A stretch of 64,000 nucleotides of DNA from Leptonemataceae bacterium (GCA_965227295.1 OZ245742.1:2656001-2720000), one strand, 5' to 3'; numbered from the stretch's first letter, positions 1 to 9,975 are shown. Made by a program: numbers and translations. Notes: generated by a model not told the origin, from the sequence alone.

Positions 1-183
1 GGACGACTCCAGCGCGAAGAAGAAACGATTCTGCAATCGGTTGTGATTCGCTGTGGGACTGGAAGACAACTGCAAGACCCCGTGGATCATGTCGTACCGA
101 AACCCGTCGTCTTCGAGGGCAAAGTACGCGTCCGGGCTGACTCGCAGGCCAACGTAACGCGGGGCTTGTGTCAGGGTTTGCAT
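1..183 (-). CDS. Uma2/DUF820 family putative endonuclease, 5' part (runs off window start)
   Basis: Manual translation from ATG at 183: MQTLTQAPRYVGLRVSPDAYFALEDDGFRYDMIHGVLQLSSSPTANHNRLQ, the typical Uma2 N-terminus (Y..L.DDG.RY...G.L..SP...H); absent from the ORF track. Confidence 0.75.
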   Translation of the reverse strand, partial: MQTLTQAPRYVGLRVSPDAYFALEDDGFRYDMIHGVLQLSSSPTANHNRLQNRFFFALESS

Positions 184-371
184 CCCTGAATCTTAGCCGT
201 CACCGCGCTAATGTCAATTCCATTCCGCCGGCCGCGGCGTTTCCCGGTCATCCATTGTCGCACGGGGGTGTGACATTTTTCGGTGATGTCCGCGAAAAAA
301 ACAGGTGCCGTTGCATCTTGCGGGAATTCTTTATCGGAGAGGCCGGCAGAACGCGGCGCTTGATCAGAACC

Positions 372-890
372 ATGCAACCACCGATTTTTTACAGGCCCGC
401 GTTCGTCGCCGATCCCGGCGCGCTTTTCGATGAACTGCTGCGCACGGTTCCCTGGGACGATCGCATGAAATCCCGCCGCACCGCGAGTTACGGCGAACCG
501 TACAACTACAATCACATTCGCTATGACGTGATGCCCATGCATCCGGCGCTCGTCGCCGTTGCGCGGGACATTGCCGATGAACTGCGCTTCGAACCGAACG
601 GTTGTCTGTTGAATTACTATCGCGACGGCACGAACGGCATCAGCTATCATGCGGACACGGCGACACCGCTCGTCCCGGGCACCGGCGTGGCCATCGTATC
701 CCTCGGCGCCGCGCGTACGATGCGCTATCGCCGCAAGGACGATCACACGATCAAGGCGGACTATGTCCTCGCAGCGGGTTCGCTTTTGTACATGGACGAC
801 GCGGTGCAGCATGATTGGGAACATTCGATCCCGCAACAGGCGAGCGCGGGGGAGCGGATCAGTCTGTCGTTTCGTCAGATCGTGTCATGA
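372..890 (+). CDS. AlkB-family 2OG-Fe(II) dioxygenase (ALKBH2/3-like)
   Basis: N.CLLNYYRDG, HAD (HxD), SLGAAR, WEH and RISLSFR motifs; ATG at 372 preferred over the longer ORF. Confidence 0.9.
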   Translation: MQPPIFYRPAFVADPGALFDELLRTVPWDDRMKSRRTASYGEPYNYNHIRYDVMPMHPALVAVARDIADELRFEPNGCLLNYYRDGTNGISYHADTATPLVPGTGVAIVSLGAARTMRYRRKDDHTIKADYVLAAGSLLYMDDAVQHDWEHSIPQQASAGERISLSFRQIVS

Positions 891-1033
891 CCCGGCACGC
901 TTGCGCTGAATTTCGCGCAGGATTGCCACATCCCACTGATCGATCTCCCGGGACGTCGACTTGCTGCGGACTCGACGCCGTGTTTGTTCAACACAGCGGC
1001 CACATCCGGGAGCGTGCGTTCTTCCTGACTCAC
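885..1033 (-). pseudogene. Internally deleted nucleotidyltransferase-like remnant
   Basis: GTG start overlaps the upstream stop (GTGA). N-terminal ...VLNKHGVE is joined out of frame to a C-terminal KSTSREIDQWDVAILREIQRKRAGS*; the catalytic core is absent. Confidence 0.5.
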
Positions 1034-1218
1034 AATTGCCTGGCCGCTCTCGTCCGTACAAATTCGTCGTGCTCTTCCCACGTGCGGAACTTGTAAGCGC
1101 CGCGCGGTTTTTTGTAAGGCCGGAGTCGTTCCATCTCGGCCAGGAGTCGTTGATAGCGCCGATAGTTCTCGACCGCGTCGTTCGGATCGGGGGCGTGGGG
1201 ACCTGTGAGAATCTTCAC
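1030..1218 (-). CDS. Small hypothetical protein (~62 aa), possible partner of the downstream nucleotidyltransferase
   Basis: GTG start at 1218; C-terminal PRGAYKFRTWEE motif; translationally coupled to the remnant. Confidence 0.55.
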   Translation of the reverse strand: MKILTGPHAPDPNDAVENYRRYQRLLAEMERLRPYKKPRGAYKFRTWEEHDEFVRTRAARQL

Positions 1219-1322
1219 GATGCAAAGCGATGGCTGATATTCCGTAAATGTCAAGCGATACCTGCTGTTCGCTTTCGTTTTCGCTTCGCCGCATCGAGCC
1301 CTGTCGTTTCGTAAGATCATAC

Positions 1323-1349
1323 AAAAAACCCCCGCGGAAACCGCGGGGG
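1323..1349 (-). terminator. Rho-independent terminator
   Basis: CCCCCGCGG-TTT-CCGCGGGGG followed by T6 on the minus strand, downstream of the 1425-2294 gene. Confidence 0.85.
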
Positions 1350-1424
1350 AGCCGCCGCACTGCGACGGCAAAGAGTGATCATACGATTAAAAACTGCTGA
1401 TCGTAAGTTAGCGTAAAGTGCCGC

Positions 1425-2294
1425 TCAGCCGAAGCAGCCCCGGACCACGCCCAGGCTCCAGTCGTCGGCGGCTTCGTTGAACTCGTCGCCGCAGTTGCTG
1501 TCGGAGGATCCGCCGGAGCTGTTGTTCTTGTGCGAGCACTGGTCGTGATCCATGCAGTCCTTCGTCCAGGAGCTGGGGATCCACCAACGACCGCAGTCGG
1601 GACCGCAGCGTCCCATGCAACCGTAACCGGAGCGCGGCTTCGAGCCGACCCGTACGTTCTCGTAGTGGTTGCCGCGGGAGTCGTCGTAGACCGCCTGGAC
1701 GGTGTTGCCTTTTTTTATGCACCGGATGCCCTCGTTGCTCGAAGCGCCGCGGGCGGCGACCTCCGCGTCGGCGGTGACGACGCGTGAATCAAAGGCGTAA
1801 CCTTCCGGCGCCGTGGACCAGTAGCCGATCAACGAAGCAAAGCCGAGCTCCAGGGCGCCCGGATCGGTCTGGAACGTTTCTTCGAGGTAACTCATCATCG
1901 ACTCGACCGCCGCGGCCAGGCCGGCCTTTTCTTCGGCGGAGAGCACCGCGCCGGCGCCGTCCATCGTCAGCGTTTGCCCGGCGTGATCGATGGTTCCCGT
2001 TAAGGTTTTTCCATTCACAGTTACGGCCACGCTGATGACGCCGCCGTCGTTTTCGGATGCCGCGAAGCTCACCGCGCCGGCCTCGCTGCCGTAGACGCCG
2101 CGCAACGATGCGCCGCTGGTATACTCGTCGATGCTGAGCGCACCGTTCGTTATATTCTGCTGGGGATACGCCGCCGCGAGGGCCGGGACCGTCGCGAGGG
2201 CGGCGTTGGGATCGGACGCGCCCTGCGTACCGCAGGCGACGAATCCGAGGACGGCCAGAGCCGCCGTAATGTGCATGAGAATCTTCCTGTTCAT
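1425..2294 (-). CDS. Lipoprotein with Cys-rich C-terminal domain (PLA2-like HD motif)
   Basis: Signal peptide and lipobox FVA-C; C-terminal CMGRCGPDC...DCMDHDQC...NCGDEF. Confidence 0.75.
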   Translation of the reverse strand: MNRKILMHITAALAVLGFVACGTQGASDPNAALATVPALAAAYPQQNITNGALSIDEYTSGASLRGVYGSEAGAVSFAASENDGGVISVAVTVNGKTLTGTIDHAGQTLTMDGAGAVLSAEEKAGLAAAVESMMSYLEETFQTDPGALELGFASLIGYWSTAPEGYAFDSRVVTADAEVAARGASSNEGIRCIKKGNTVQAVYDDSRGNHYENVRVGSKPRSGYGCMGRCGPDCGRWWIPSSWTKDCMDHDQCSHKNNSSGGSSDSNCGDEFNEAADDWSLGVVRGCFG

Positions 2295-2398
2295 TTCTGA
2301 ACTCCTGAACAATATGTTGTCGTTTTGTTTGATGCATTGTTTATACGCCGAATGTCCGGGTCTCGCAAGCGGCGCGGGACAAACGGTTCTGGCCAGGG

Positions 2399-4186
2399 AT
2401 GAACGGAAGATTTTTTACGATCGTTTGCAGCATGATGTTCTGCCTCGCCGTCGCGTGCTCCGGCGTTCCGCATCACGCGGACTCCGGTGTGGTGCGTGTC
2501 GATCGGGTCGACGTCCTCGTCCCCGTCGCCGGACAGAGCCGCTGGCAAAACGTCGCGCTGCCCGAAAACTTCACGAAGTATCTGGACCTGCCGCCGCGTT
2601 ACAGTGGTTCCATCACTTTGCGTTTCGCGTTGCCCGCGCAGTTGATCGCCGAAGCGCGTTCCGGTCGGCCCCTGGCCCTCGATGCCGGGCTGGTCTCGGA
2701 CGTTTCACGCTTCTTCGTCGTCGTCGACGGGGACTGGCGTTTCTTCGGCGGCCTGGGTTCCATGCAACCCTACGAACCAGGGGCCATGCGGCCGTTTCTG
2801 CGGACGATCCCGTCAGCGCATCTTACTATAGAAGAAACCGGTCGCGTTGATGCCGGCGAAGTGTATCTCGTGGTCCATCTGGCGACGCGGGAGGGCCGCT
2901 ATCCGCTCCAGGTAATGGAGCCGTTCCGCGTGGGGCCGGTGGATGCGGTCTACCGCGACTTCTTCGTGCGTGAGACGATCGCCCTGGGTTTCATTATTCT
3001 CTATGTGCTGGCGGGGGCGTATCATCTCTTTCTCGGCCTCAAGCGCCCGCAGGAAAACTACAACCTCTACTTCGCGTTGTTCGCGTTGATCATTTCGTGC
3101 TACTGGTTCGTCGCCAATACCGCGACGCGGGACCTGGTCTTCGGCGACGCCGTGCTCCTGAATCGTAAGACCGAGTACGTGCTTTTGTTTTTCATTGTGC
3201 CGCCCTTTCTTTCGTTCTTCTCGCGCTACTTCTATCGCCCGTACTTCGCCTATCTCGGCCGCGCCGCGTTCGTGTTCTCGGCGCTGCTGGCCGTGCTCAC
3301 CGTTGCCGGCTCGGTGCACGTCATGCGCTGGTGCGGTTTCGTCTGGCACGTGGCCTTCCTGATTCTCGTGCCGTACTTTTTGTATCACGTCGTCCGCCAG
3401 GCGATCTGGCGCAACCGGGACGCCTACGTCTTAATATTCGGCATTCTGCTCTTAACGGCGGGCGGCGTGAACGACGTATTGACTTCGCTCAGTATTTTGC
3501 ATACGCCCCGGGTGGCGAGCTACGCGATGTTCGTGTTTACCGCGGGACTGGTGGTGCTCATGGCGAACCGTTTTGCCGGGGCGGCGAATCGCGTGGAACG
3601 ACTGCTCGCTCATACTTCGCGCCTGAACCTGGAGCTCATCAAGAAAAACATTCACCCGCACTTTCTCATGAACTCGGTAAACGCGGCCCAGTTGTTGGTC
3701 TACGAGGACCCCGATCGCGCCGTCTCCATGCTCCAGGCCCTGGCGGACGAACTGCGGGAAACCTTAAAACACGCCGACCGTACGTTAGCGTCTCTGTCCG
3801 GGGAGATCGAACTCTGCCGCAATCATTTGCGGATCATGTCGCTGCGGAAAGACCGCCGCTTCGACTTCGAGGTGCGCGGCGACCCGGCCGGCCTGTTTAT
3901 TCCGCCGCTGATTCTTTTGACGCTCGTGGAGAACGGCCTGACCCACGGTTTTCGAGAGCGCGGGGAGGGCCGCTTCGTGCTTGCGGTCGGGCGGGATTAC
4001 CGGCGCGGCCTGGTCCTTGAGTTATGGAACGACGGCGATCCGGAAGCCAGGAGCGACTCGGGAACCGGCACGGGATTAAAGTACGTTGAGTCGCGGTTAG
4101 GAGAAAGCTACGGAGGCGAGTGGAAATTCGAACACGGTCCGGCGGACGGCGGCTATCGGGCGCGGTTGGTGTTGCCGTGGAGTTAG
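2399..4186 (+). CDS. 7TM-DISM sensor histidine kinase, LytS/YehU type
   Basis: Periplasmic domain, ~7 TM helices, H-box IHPHFLMNSVN, N-box LVENGLTHG, G-box GTGLKYV. Confidence 0.9.
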   Translation: MNGRFFTIVCSMMFCLAVACSGVPHHADSGVVRVDRVDVLVPVAGQSRWQNVALPENFTKYLDLPPRYSGSITLRFALPAQLIAEARSGRPLALDAGLVSDVSRFFVVVDGDWRFFGGLGSMQPYEPGAMRPFLRTIPSAHLTIEETGRVDAGEVYLVVHLATREGRYPLQVMEPFRVGPVDAVYRDFFVRETIALGFIILYVLAGAYHLFLGLKRPQENYNLYFALFALIISCYWFVANTATRDLVFGDAVLLNRKTEYVLLFFIVPPFLSFFSRYFYRPYFAYLGRAAFVFSALLAVLTVAGSVHVMRWCGFVWHVAFLILVPYFLYHVVRQAIWRNRDAYVLIFGILLLTAGGVNDVLTSLSILHTPRVASYAMFVFTAGLVVLMANRFAGAANRVERLLAHTSRLNLELIKKNIHPHFLMNSVNAAQLLVYEDPDRAVSMLQALADELRETLKHADRTLASLSGEIELCRNHLRIMSLRKDRRFDFEVRGDPAGLFIPPLILLTLVENGLTHGFRERGEGRFVLAVGRDYRRGLVLELWNDGDPEARSDSGTGTGLKYVESRLGESYGGEWKFEHGPADGGYRARLVLPWS

Positions 4187-4206
4187 GGGATCTCCTCCCA
4201 ATCGTT

Positions 4207-4230
4207 CCTCGCCCCCTCGGTCCTCGGAGT
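4207..4230 (-). repeat. Dispersed CCGAG-triplet repeat (family A), solo arm
   Basis: Reverse complement reads ACTCCGAGGACCGAGGGGGCGAGG, matching copies at 19264, 52866, 57664 and 60622. Confidence 0.8.
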
Positions 4231-4378
4231 CCGTTTTCTTCATCGGTTCACGGCTTTGACATAATACTGCACCGCAAAAAACCATCGCAAAACCACCCGC
4301 AGGCTCGTGCGGAAAAAGCTTGCGGCGACATCAAGCAACGCTTATGCTGCTGTATTCTCGCAAATCTTTTTCTAACAT

Positions 4379-5389
4379 ATGCGTAAAGACAGTCTTACCC
4401 GGCTTCACGAAACGAAATTCGAATTCCGCAACAAAGAGCTGTTCCGCAAACTCTGCGGTGTGGCCGATTCGGGCATCAACGCCCTGGAAGATCTCCTGGA
4501 CGTTCGGCTGGTTCCGCGCGGTCACGCCTTTCTGGTGCGCGCGGAGTCCGAGGAAACGTTGTCCTTCGCTTCGGCGTACTTCGAAACCCTCGAAAAACAA
4601 TACGGCGGCCCCGGCGGCCTGCCCGAGGACTTCGACACGCGCTATCTTTATCGCCGGCTCAAGCAACGCGACGAAGACAGCCGCAAGCCGGAAGTCGTCG
4701 AAGACGAGCCGCCGCCCGTCGTCCTGAAAAAAGAAACCGTTTTCAAAACGCATCAGGGCAAGCCCATCCAGGCGCGCACCGAACGACAAATCCAGTACGT
4801 GCAGTCGCTCTTCGACAACGACGTGACTATTTGCCTCGGCCCGGCGGGTACCGGAAAAACCTTTCTGTCCGTGGTCGCGGCCTGCCGCATGTTCGTCGCC
4901 GGGGATCGCGACCGTCTCGTGCTCACGCGCCCGGCGGTGGAGGCCGGTGAATCCTTAGGTTATCTTCCTGGGGACTTAACGCAAAAGGTGGATCCGTACC
5001 TGCGCCCGCTCTACGATTCTCTCTACGAATGCCTGGGCGCCGAGCGCGTTCATGACTTAATTCAAACCCGTAAGATCGAAATCGCGCCGCTGGCGTTCAT
5101 GCGCGGTCGCACGCTGAACGATTCCGTCATCATCCTGGACGAAGCGCAGAACTGCACGCTATCGCAATTAAAGATGTTCCTCACGCGTCTGGGGCGGAAC
5201 TCCACCATGTGTCTGTCCGGCGACGCCACGCAGATCGATTTGCCCCACGGACGTTCGGGCCTCTTCGATACGGTGCGCGCCCTGGAAAGCATTCCCGGTG
5301 TCGGCGTCATTCGGTTCACCGGGGAAGACATCATCCGTCATCCGTTGGTGGAACGCATCGTCGAAGCCTTCGATGCGATGAACGATTAA
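4379..5389 (+). CDS. phoH: PhoH family ATPase
   Basis: GPAGTGKT Walker [31 protein letters not shown]. Confidence 0.95.
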   Translation: MRKDSLTRLHETKFEFRNKELFRKLCGVADSGINALEDLLDVRLVPRGHAFLVRAESEETLSFASAYFETLEKQYGGPGGLPEDFDTRYLYRRLKQRDEDSRKPEVVEDEPPPVVLKKETVFKTHQGKPIQARTERQIQYVQSLFDNDVTICLGPAGTGKTFLSVVAACRMFVAGDRDRLVLTRPAVEAGESLGYLPGDLTQKVDPYLRPLYDSLYECLGAERVHDLIQTRKIEIAPLAFMRGRTLNDSVIILDEAQNCTLSQLKMFLTRLGRNSTMCLSGDATQIDLPHGRSGLFDTVRALESIPGVGVIRFTGEDIIRHPLVERIVEAFDAMND

Positions 5390-5398
5390 AAAACGCAC

Positions 5399-7948
5399 GT
5401 GAGCAACGAAGAACGAAAAAGAAAGCGCGAGCGCAGTCCGATTTTCGGCAACGCCCTGGAAGGAGAAAACATCTTCCAGCGCGCGCTCATTCGCACGTCC
5501 TCGTTTCTGACCCGGGCCCGGCCGCGGGAGTGGGTGCGTCGCATGCAACTGGTTCTGCTCGGCGTAACGGTCATCATTGTAACGTTTTCGCTTTCGTATC
5601 CCAGTTTCACGGAATCGGACATCGATCCGGACTCGCCCGCCTGGAAAAAAGGACAACCCGCGCCTCAGGATGTGGTGGCCGCCACCAGCGTTGAGTTTCT
5701 ACGAGAGAAGGAATTGCAGCAGGCCCGGGAGCGCGCCGCGAAGAACGCGTCCCCGCATTTCACGCGGGATTTCAGCGCGCTCTCCGAGCCCGGGGACAGC
5801 AACGCCTCGCAGGAAGCCAACTTCCGGACCATGCTCAAGAGCGACATGGATTCCGTGAACGACTGCCGGGCGCGTCCCGGAGCCGCGGCCAATGCGCGCT
5901 GCGTCCGGAGCAAGGTGCCCCGCTGGCGGCGCCTCACCGACGACGAAATCTACAACATTACCAGCATGGGCGGCCGGGAACTCTCTCAAAAATTGAGCGA
6001 GCTTGTCAGTCGCCTCTTCGAGCGTTTCGTCATCCTGAACGATCTTGATCCGGCCGTGCGGGACTACTCCGGCGAGAATCCGGCGAAGGTCCGTAACCTG
6101 GGCGGCAGTTCCTCCCGGGAAGTAAAAGAGGTGGCCTGGGCCAACGTCATGGGGCGGAACCGCATCTTCAACGGCGACGTGCGCAATCGTTTCGAGGCCG
6201 AGGCGCTCACGCTGTTTCCGGAGCGCAGTTCCCTGCACCGCCGCGCCCTCGTGAAGCTGGCGCAGCGTTATCTCTATCCCCTGGACGCCGTGCGTTACGA
6301 TCCCGACGCCACGGAACGGGCCCGGGAAGAAGCCCGGCAGAACGTCCAGGTCTCGGACTATGTAACGAAGTACAATCGCGGCCAGGCCATCGTAAAACGC
6401 GATCAGGTCATTACCGAGGACATTCACGCCGCGCTCAGTCTGCACAAGCAGGGACGGACCTGGGAACGTTTCTGGCGTGTGGTGGCGATCTTCCTGCAGC
6501 AGTGCGTGGTGATGGGATTGCTGTTGTACTTCGCCATGCAATTTGCCCACGGACAAATCAGCGCGGTCAGTTCGAATCTCATCGTCTTTCTTACGGTATG
6601 GTTGTTCGCCGTGTTGTTGCTGGTGTTCGAAATGATCTGGGCAACGAACGCCACGCATAACGAGGTCACGCACTTCTTCGGTGCCTGGGTGCCGTTGGGG
6701 ATCTTCGTTGTGATGCTTGCGATCATCTTCGGCGAGGTCTTTACGATTCCCGTGGGTCTCTACATGGCCTTCCTGGTGTTCATCTCCAGTCGCTACGACG
6801 GGCTTTCGTTATTGATCACATCCACCATGGCGGTGACCGCGACGATCCTCGGGGCGCGCATTAAAAAACGCGTACAGTTTATTACGACGGCGATGTGGCT
6901 GGCGGCTCTGAACTTTTTTCTCGTGACCGCCGGTTATCTCTACGGCAACCGCCCCATCCTGGCCGAACTGGATAGTGCGAACACGCTCTTCTCGAGCAAC
7001 TACGCGGAGGCCGTGACCATCGCCGTTCTCGTCGGGCTCGCGACGTTTTTCGTGATGGTCCTGCTGCCCGTGTACGAGGCGCTTTTTAACATACCCACCC
7101 GCTTCCGATTGCAAGAGCTGGCCGATCCTTCGCATCCGCTCTTACAGGAAATGTTCAAGCTCGCTCCGTCCACCTGGACGCATACGCTCATGGTGGCGGC
7201 CATGGTGGAGAAGGCCTGCGAGCGCCTGAATCTGAACACCGTGCTCGCGCGCACCGGCATCTATTTTCACGATATTGGAAAGATGCGGAACGCCGGCTTT
7301 TTTATTGAAAACCAGCATTTGATTCCGCGTCCCGAGAACGTCGACAAGGACAGCCCGCAACTGGCGGCGAAGGTCATCATCGATCACGTCCTGGACGGCA
7401 TTAAGATGGCGGAGGCCTATCGTCTGCCGCGGGAGGTGATCGCGTTCATCCCGGAGCACCACGGTACCTCGACCATGGCGTTCTTTTATCACAAGGCCCT
7501 CGAAAAGATGAAGCGCAAGGTCCGCCGCGAGGACTTTCGTTATCCGGGGCCCATTCCCCAGAGCAAAGAGACCGGCATCGCCATGATCGCGGACTCGGTG
7601 GAAGCCGCGTCCCGGTCCCTGGAAGAGGTCACCGAGGAAAGTCTCGACGGCCTCATTCAAAAGATTACCAACATTAAGTTAGCGGAAAACCAGCTCGACG
7701 AGAGCGGCCTCACCGTGGGCGACCTGCACGTGGTCAAAGAGGCCTTCGTGGACGTGCTCATCTCCTCGTTCCACAGCCGGCCCAAGTATCCGAACCAGGC
7801 CGACACGAAAAAGCTCGAGGAAGAGCAGTCACAGAAAAAACGCGGCGGCAAGAAGGCCGCGGCGAAAGGCAAGGCGTCCTCCCGGAAAGCGGCGCCGGCG
7901 GCTAAGAAAACTTCAAAGAAAGCTAAAAAGAAGGCGGCGAACACGTAG
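5399..7948 (+). CDS. 7TM-HD (HDIG) phosphohydrolase, PgpH-like
   Basis: Large extracytoplasmic domain, 7 TM helices, HDIGK, HHGT, IADSVEAASR; follows phoH. Confidence 0.92.
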   Translation: MSNEERKRKRERSPIFGNALEGENIFQRALIRTSSFLTRARPREWVRRMQLVLLGVTVIIVTFSLSYPSFTESDIDPDSPAWKKGQPAPQDVVAATSVEFLREKELQQARERAAKNASPHFTRDFSALSEPGDSNASQEANFRTMLKSDMDSVNDCRARPGAAANARCVRSKVPRWRRLTDDEIYNITSMGGRELSQKLSELVSRLFERFVILNDLDPAVRDYSGENPAKVRNLGGSSSREVKEVAWANVMGRNRIFNGDVRNRFEAEALTLFPERSSLHRRALVKLAQRYLYPLDAVRYDPDATERAREEARQNVQVSDYVTKYNRGQAIVKRDQVITEDIHAALSLHKQGRTWERFWRVVAIFLQQCVVMGLLLYFAMQFAHGQISAVSSNLIVFLTVWLFAVLLLVFEMIWATNATHNEVTHFFGAWVPLGIFVVMLAIIFGEVFTIPVGLYMAFLVFISSRYDGLSLLITSTMAVTATILGARIKKRVQFITTAMWLAALNFFLVTAGYLYGNRPILAELDSANTLFSSNYAEAVTIAVLVGLATFFVMVLLPVYEALFNIPTRFRLQELADPSHPLLQEMFKLAPSTWTHTLMVAAMVEKACERLNLNTVLARTGIYFHDIGKMRNAGFFIENQHLIPRPENVDKDSPQLAAKVIIDHVLDGIKMAEAYRLPREVIAFIPEHHGTSTMAFFYHKALEKMKRKVRREDFRYPGPIPQSKETGIAMIADSVEAASRSLEEVTEESLDGLIQKITNIKLAENQLDESGLTVGDLHVVKEAFVDVLISSFHSRPKYPNQADTKKLEEEQSQKKRGGKKAAAKGKASSRKAAPAAKKTSKKAKKKAANT

Positions 7949-7954
7949 ATCGGA

Positions 7955-9685
7955 TTACAGGCTCAGCTTTCGAAAACTAAGAGGACTGATCGACTTCCAA
8001 TCTACGTCTTTGTCCAGGTTTGCTACTTTTCTTTCGTCTAAGACTGCCGCGCCCAAATCGCAAAAGAAGTCATAGTAAGAGTTTAATCGGCCTTTTTGAT
8101 TGTCTAAAATCGTTTCGAACGACCAAGAAAATCTTGGATAGCCTTGAAGGAGAACGTGCTTGAGCATCCCCAGGACCCGATCCGGGTTGTCTTTCTGTAG
8201 ATTCTGAAGGATAGCCGCATAAAACAGGATCTCTGCGCAAACTTGAGAGTAGAGGATGTTGATTAGACTTGCTGCGTTCGTAAGCTCATTCTTAGCCTCA
8301 AAGAGTCTATTGTTGGCCAGCAGGAATGCCGCATAGTTCGCTCTCTTATTTGGGTCAGTCTCTGCCAGTTCAATTGCTCTACGGTAATACAGTTCTGCTG
8401 CCGCCGAGGAGCCTCTTCGGGCCAGAAAATTGGCATAATTACCGTGACAGTTCGGATCTTCCGGGGAAAACCGGATGGCACGCCTGTGCCAGATATCAGC
8501 CAGCACATGTTTGCATTCTTGGGTTGCTAAATAATGTGCATAATGGTATGCGAGTTTGCTGCTGAGCTTAAGTCGCACGAAGCCTTTGATGTACTCTTTT
8601 CTTTTCTCGCCGGCTCCCGCATTCCGTGCGAGGAACTCGTGTCTTTGCCATCCGGAAATTCTCTTTATTGTGCTATTAATGCAATTGGTTAAACCCGGTG
8701 TCCCATATTCGCCGTCGAGCTCTTTCGCCTGGATTATTGCAAGGTTATCATAAATTGACTGAATCGTATTGGAGTATAAAGGGTCGTTTCTTTGGCTGGG
8801 CTCGATGGCATCATATAGTTGCATCATGAACTCATCGAATCCATAAATAGGAGTCAGTGTACCTCTAAGCCGAGAAACAACCTCCTCGACATGTTTTTCT
8901 GGCTGATTCTTCCAATAATAGCACCAGTGAACTCTACCTGGGATACGATCAGGGTCCAACTCGTATAGGAAGTTCATGAAGCCACCATCGTGTCCTCCGT
9001 ACCCTAAGAAAATTGGGGTATAATGAGCAAACAGCTCTTCCAGGGGGCCTTTCCAGGCATCATGCAAAGTTGATACTTGAGCCGGGCGACTCTTTGATTC
9101 GAATAGAAAGTCACCGTGAATTTTAACGACTAATGGCCTCCTTAAGTGGGGGACAGCAAATGCGGCCTGAGATTCATGCAGGCAAACTCTAGGGTGGCGT
9201 CCCGTTAACTGGAATATAGATTCCGAAACGAGCTTGTCGAAATTGGTCGTGATGGCGACTCGGTGGCGTCCCCCAGTCAAAATTCTTGCTAAAGCGAAAT
9301 AACCGATGCTAGGATGTTTAAAGTCGATGTGCCTTTCAATCTCGGCCAACCCCATCTCAAGATCGCCATCGAAACATTTTTCGTAGATAAAAGGGTAATA
9401 TGCGGCAGAGTTCTCTATGGAAAAATCCGGCAAATCGAATTCTGAGCGAAACCAGGCTTCAACATCAGTATCGTTGAGGGATTGTTCTTTGCCGGCCTGG
9501 CGCGATGCGATTCGTCGTACCCATTGTTGTGCAAGCTGTTGGGCGCCGGGTATACCGGATTGTATTGAAGCTCCCGCTCCGATGATGAAACAGAAATTGC
9601 GGGTCTCGTCATTATTGTGGTGGTGAAGAATGTGTTCAATCAGTCCTGTTGCTGTCCAGTTTTCAGGCATATGGAGACTCCTCAT
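7955..9685 (-). CDS. SIR2-like domain plus TPR protein (candidate defence NADase)
   Basis: IIGAGASIQSGIP, ITTNFD, VKIHGD, IFLGYGG motifs; C-terminal GNYANFL/ANYAAFL TPR-like repeats; visibly AT-richer than flanks. Confidence 0.85.
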   Translation of the reverse strand: MRSLHMPENWTATGLIEHILHHHNNDETRNFCFIIGAGASIQSGIPGAQQLAQQWVRRIASRQAGKEQSLNDTDVEAWFRSEFDLPDFSIENSAAYYPFIYEKCFDGDLEMGLAEIERHIDFKHPSIGYFALARILTGGRHRVAITTNFDKLVSESIFQLTGRHPRVCLHESQAAFAVPHLRRPLVVKIHGDFLFESKSRPAQVSTLHDAWKGPLEELFAHYTPIFLGYGGHDGGFMNFLYELDPDRIPGRVHWCYYWKNQPEKHVEEVVSRLRGTLTPIYGFDEFMMQLYDAIEPSQRNDPLYSNTIQSIYDNLAIIQAKELDGEYGTPGLTNCINSTIKRISGWQRHEFLARNAGAGEKRKEYIKGFVRLKLSSKLAYHYAHYLATQECKHVLADIWHRRAIRFSPEDPNCHGNYANFLARRGSSAAAELYYRRAIELAETDPNKRANYAAFLLANNRLFEAKNELTNAASLINILYSQVCAEILFYAAILQNLQKDNPDRVLGMLKHVLLQGYPRFSWSFETILDNQKGRLNSYYDFFCDLGAAVLDERKVANLDKDVDWKSISPLSFRKLSL

Positions 9686-9769
9686 TAAATCTGGCTCAAA
9701 GCCTACTCCTGAAGTGATAGAAATGGGTCTTGGGCGTCAATTTTTATTCAGAAAACTCCGAGGCGGCGT

Positions 9770-9975
9770 TTAAAACCTTGCGCCCACGGCCTTGTCGTCC
9801 ACGCTTTCAATGAAGTAAGGTTCGCTCTCCGCAAGTTTACACCATTCGAGAAAGGGCGGCCACTCCAGAAGCGCGTGCACGTATTCCTGCGCCGGGCCGT
9901 CGAGCTCGACACCGTAGGTCCGAAAGCGTGAGGCCACCGGAAGATAAAACGCATCCACGGGGGAATATTTGCTTT
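9770..9975 (-). pseudogene. Glutathione S-transferase C-terminal fragment
   Basis: YSPVDAFYLPVASRFRTYGV...LLEWPPFLEW..AE.E matches the GST C-terminal pattern; no N-terminal domain. Confidence 0.7.
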
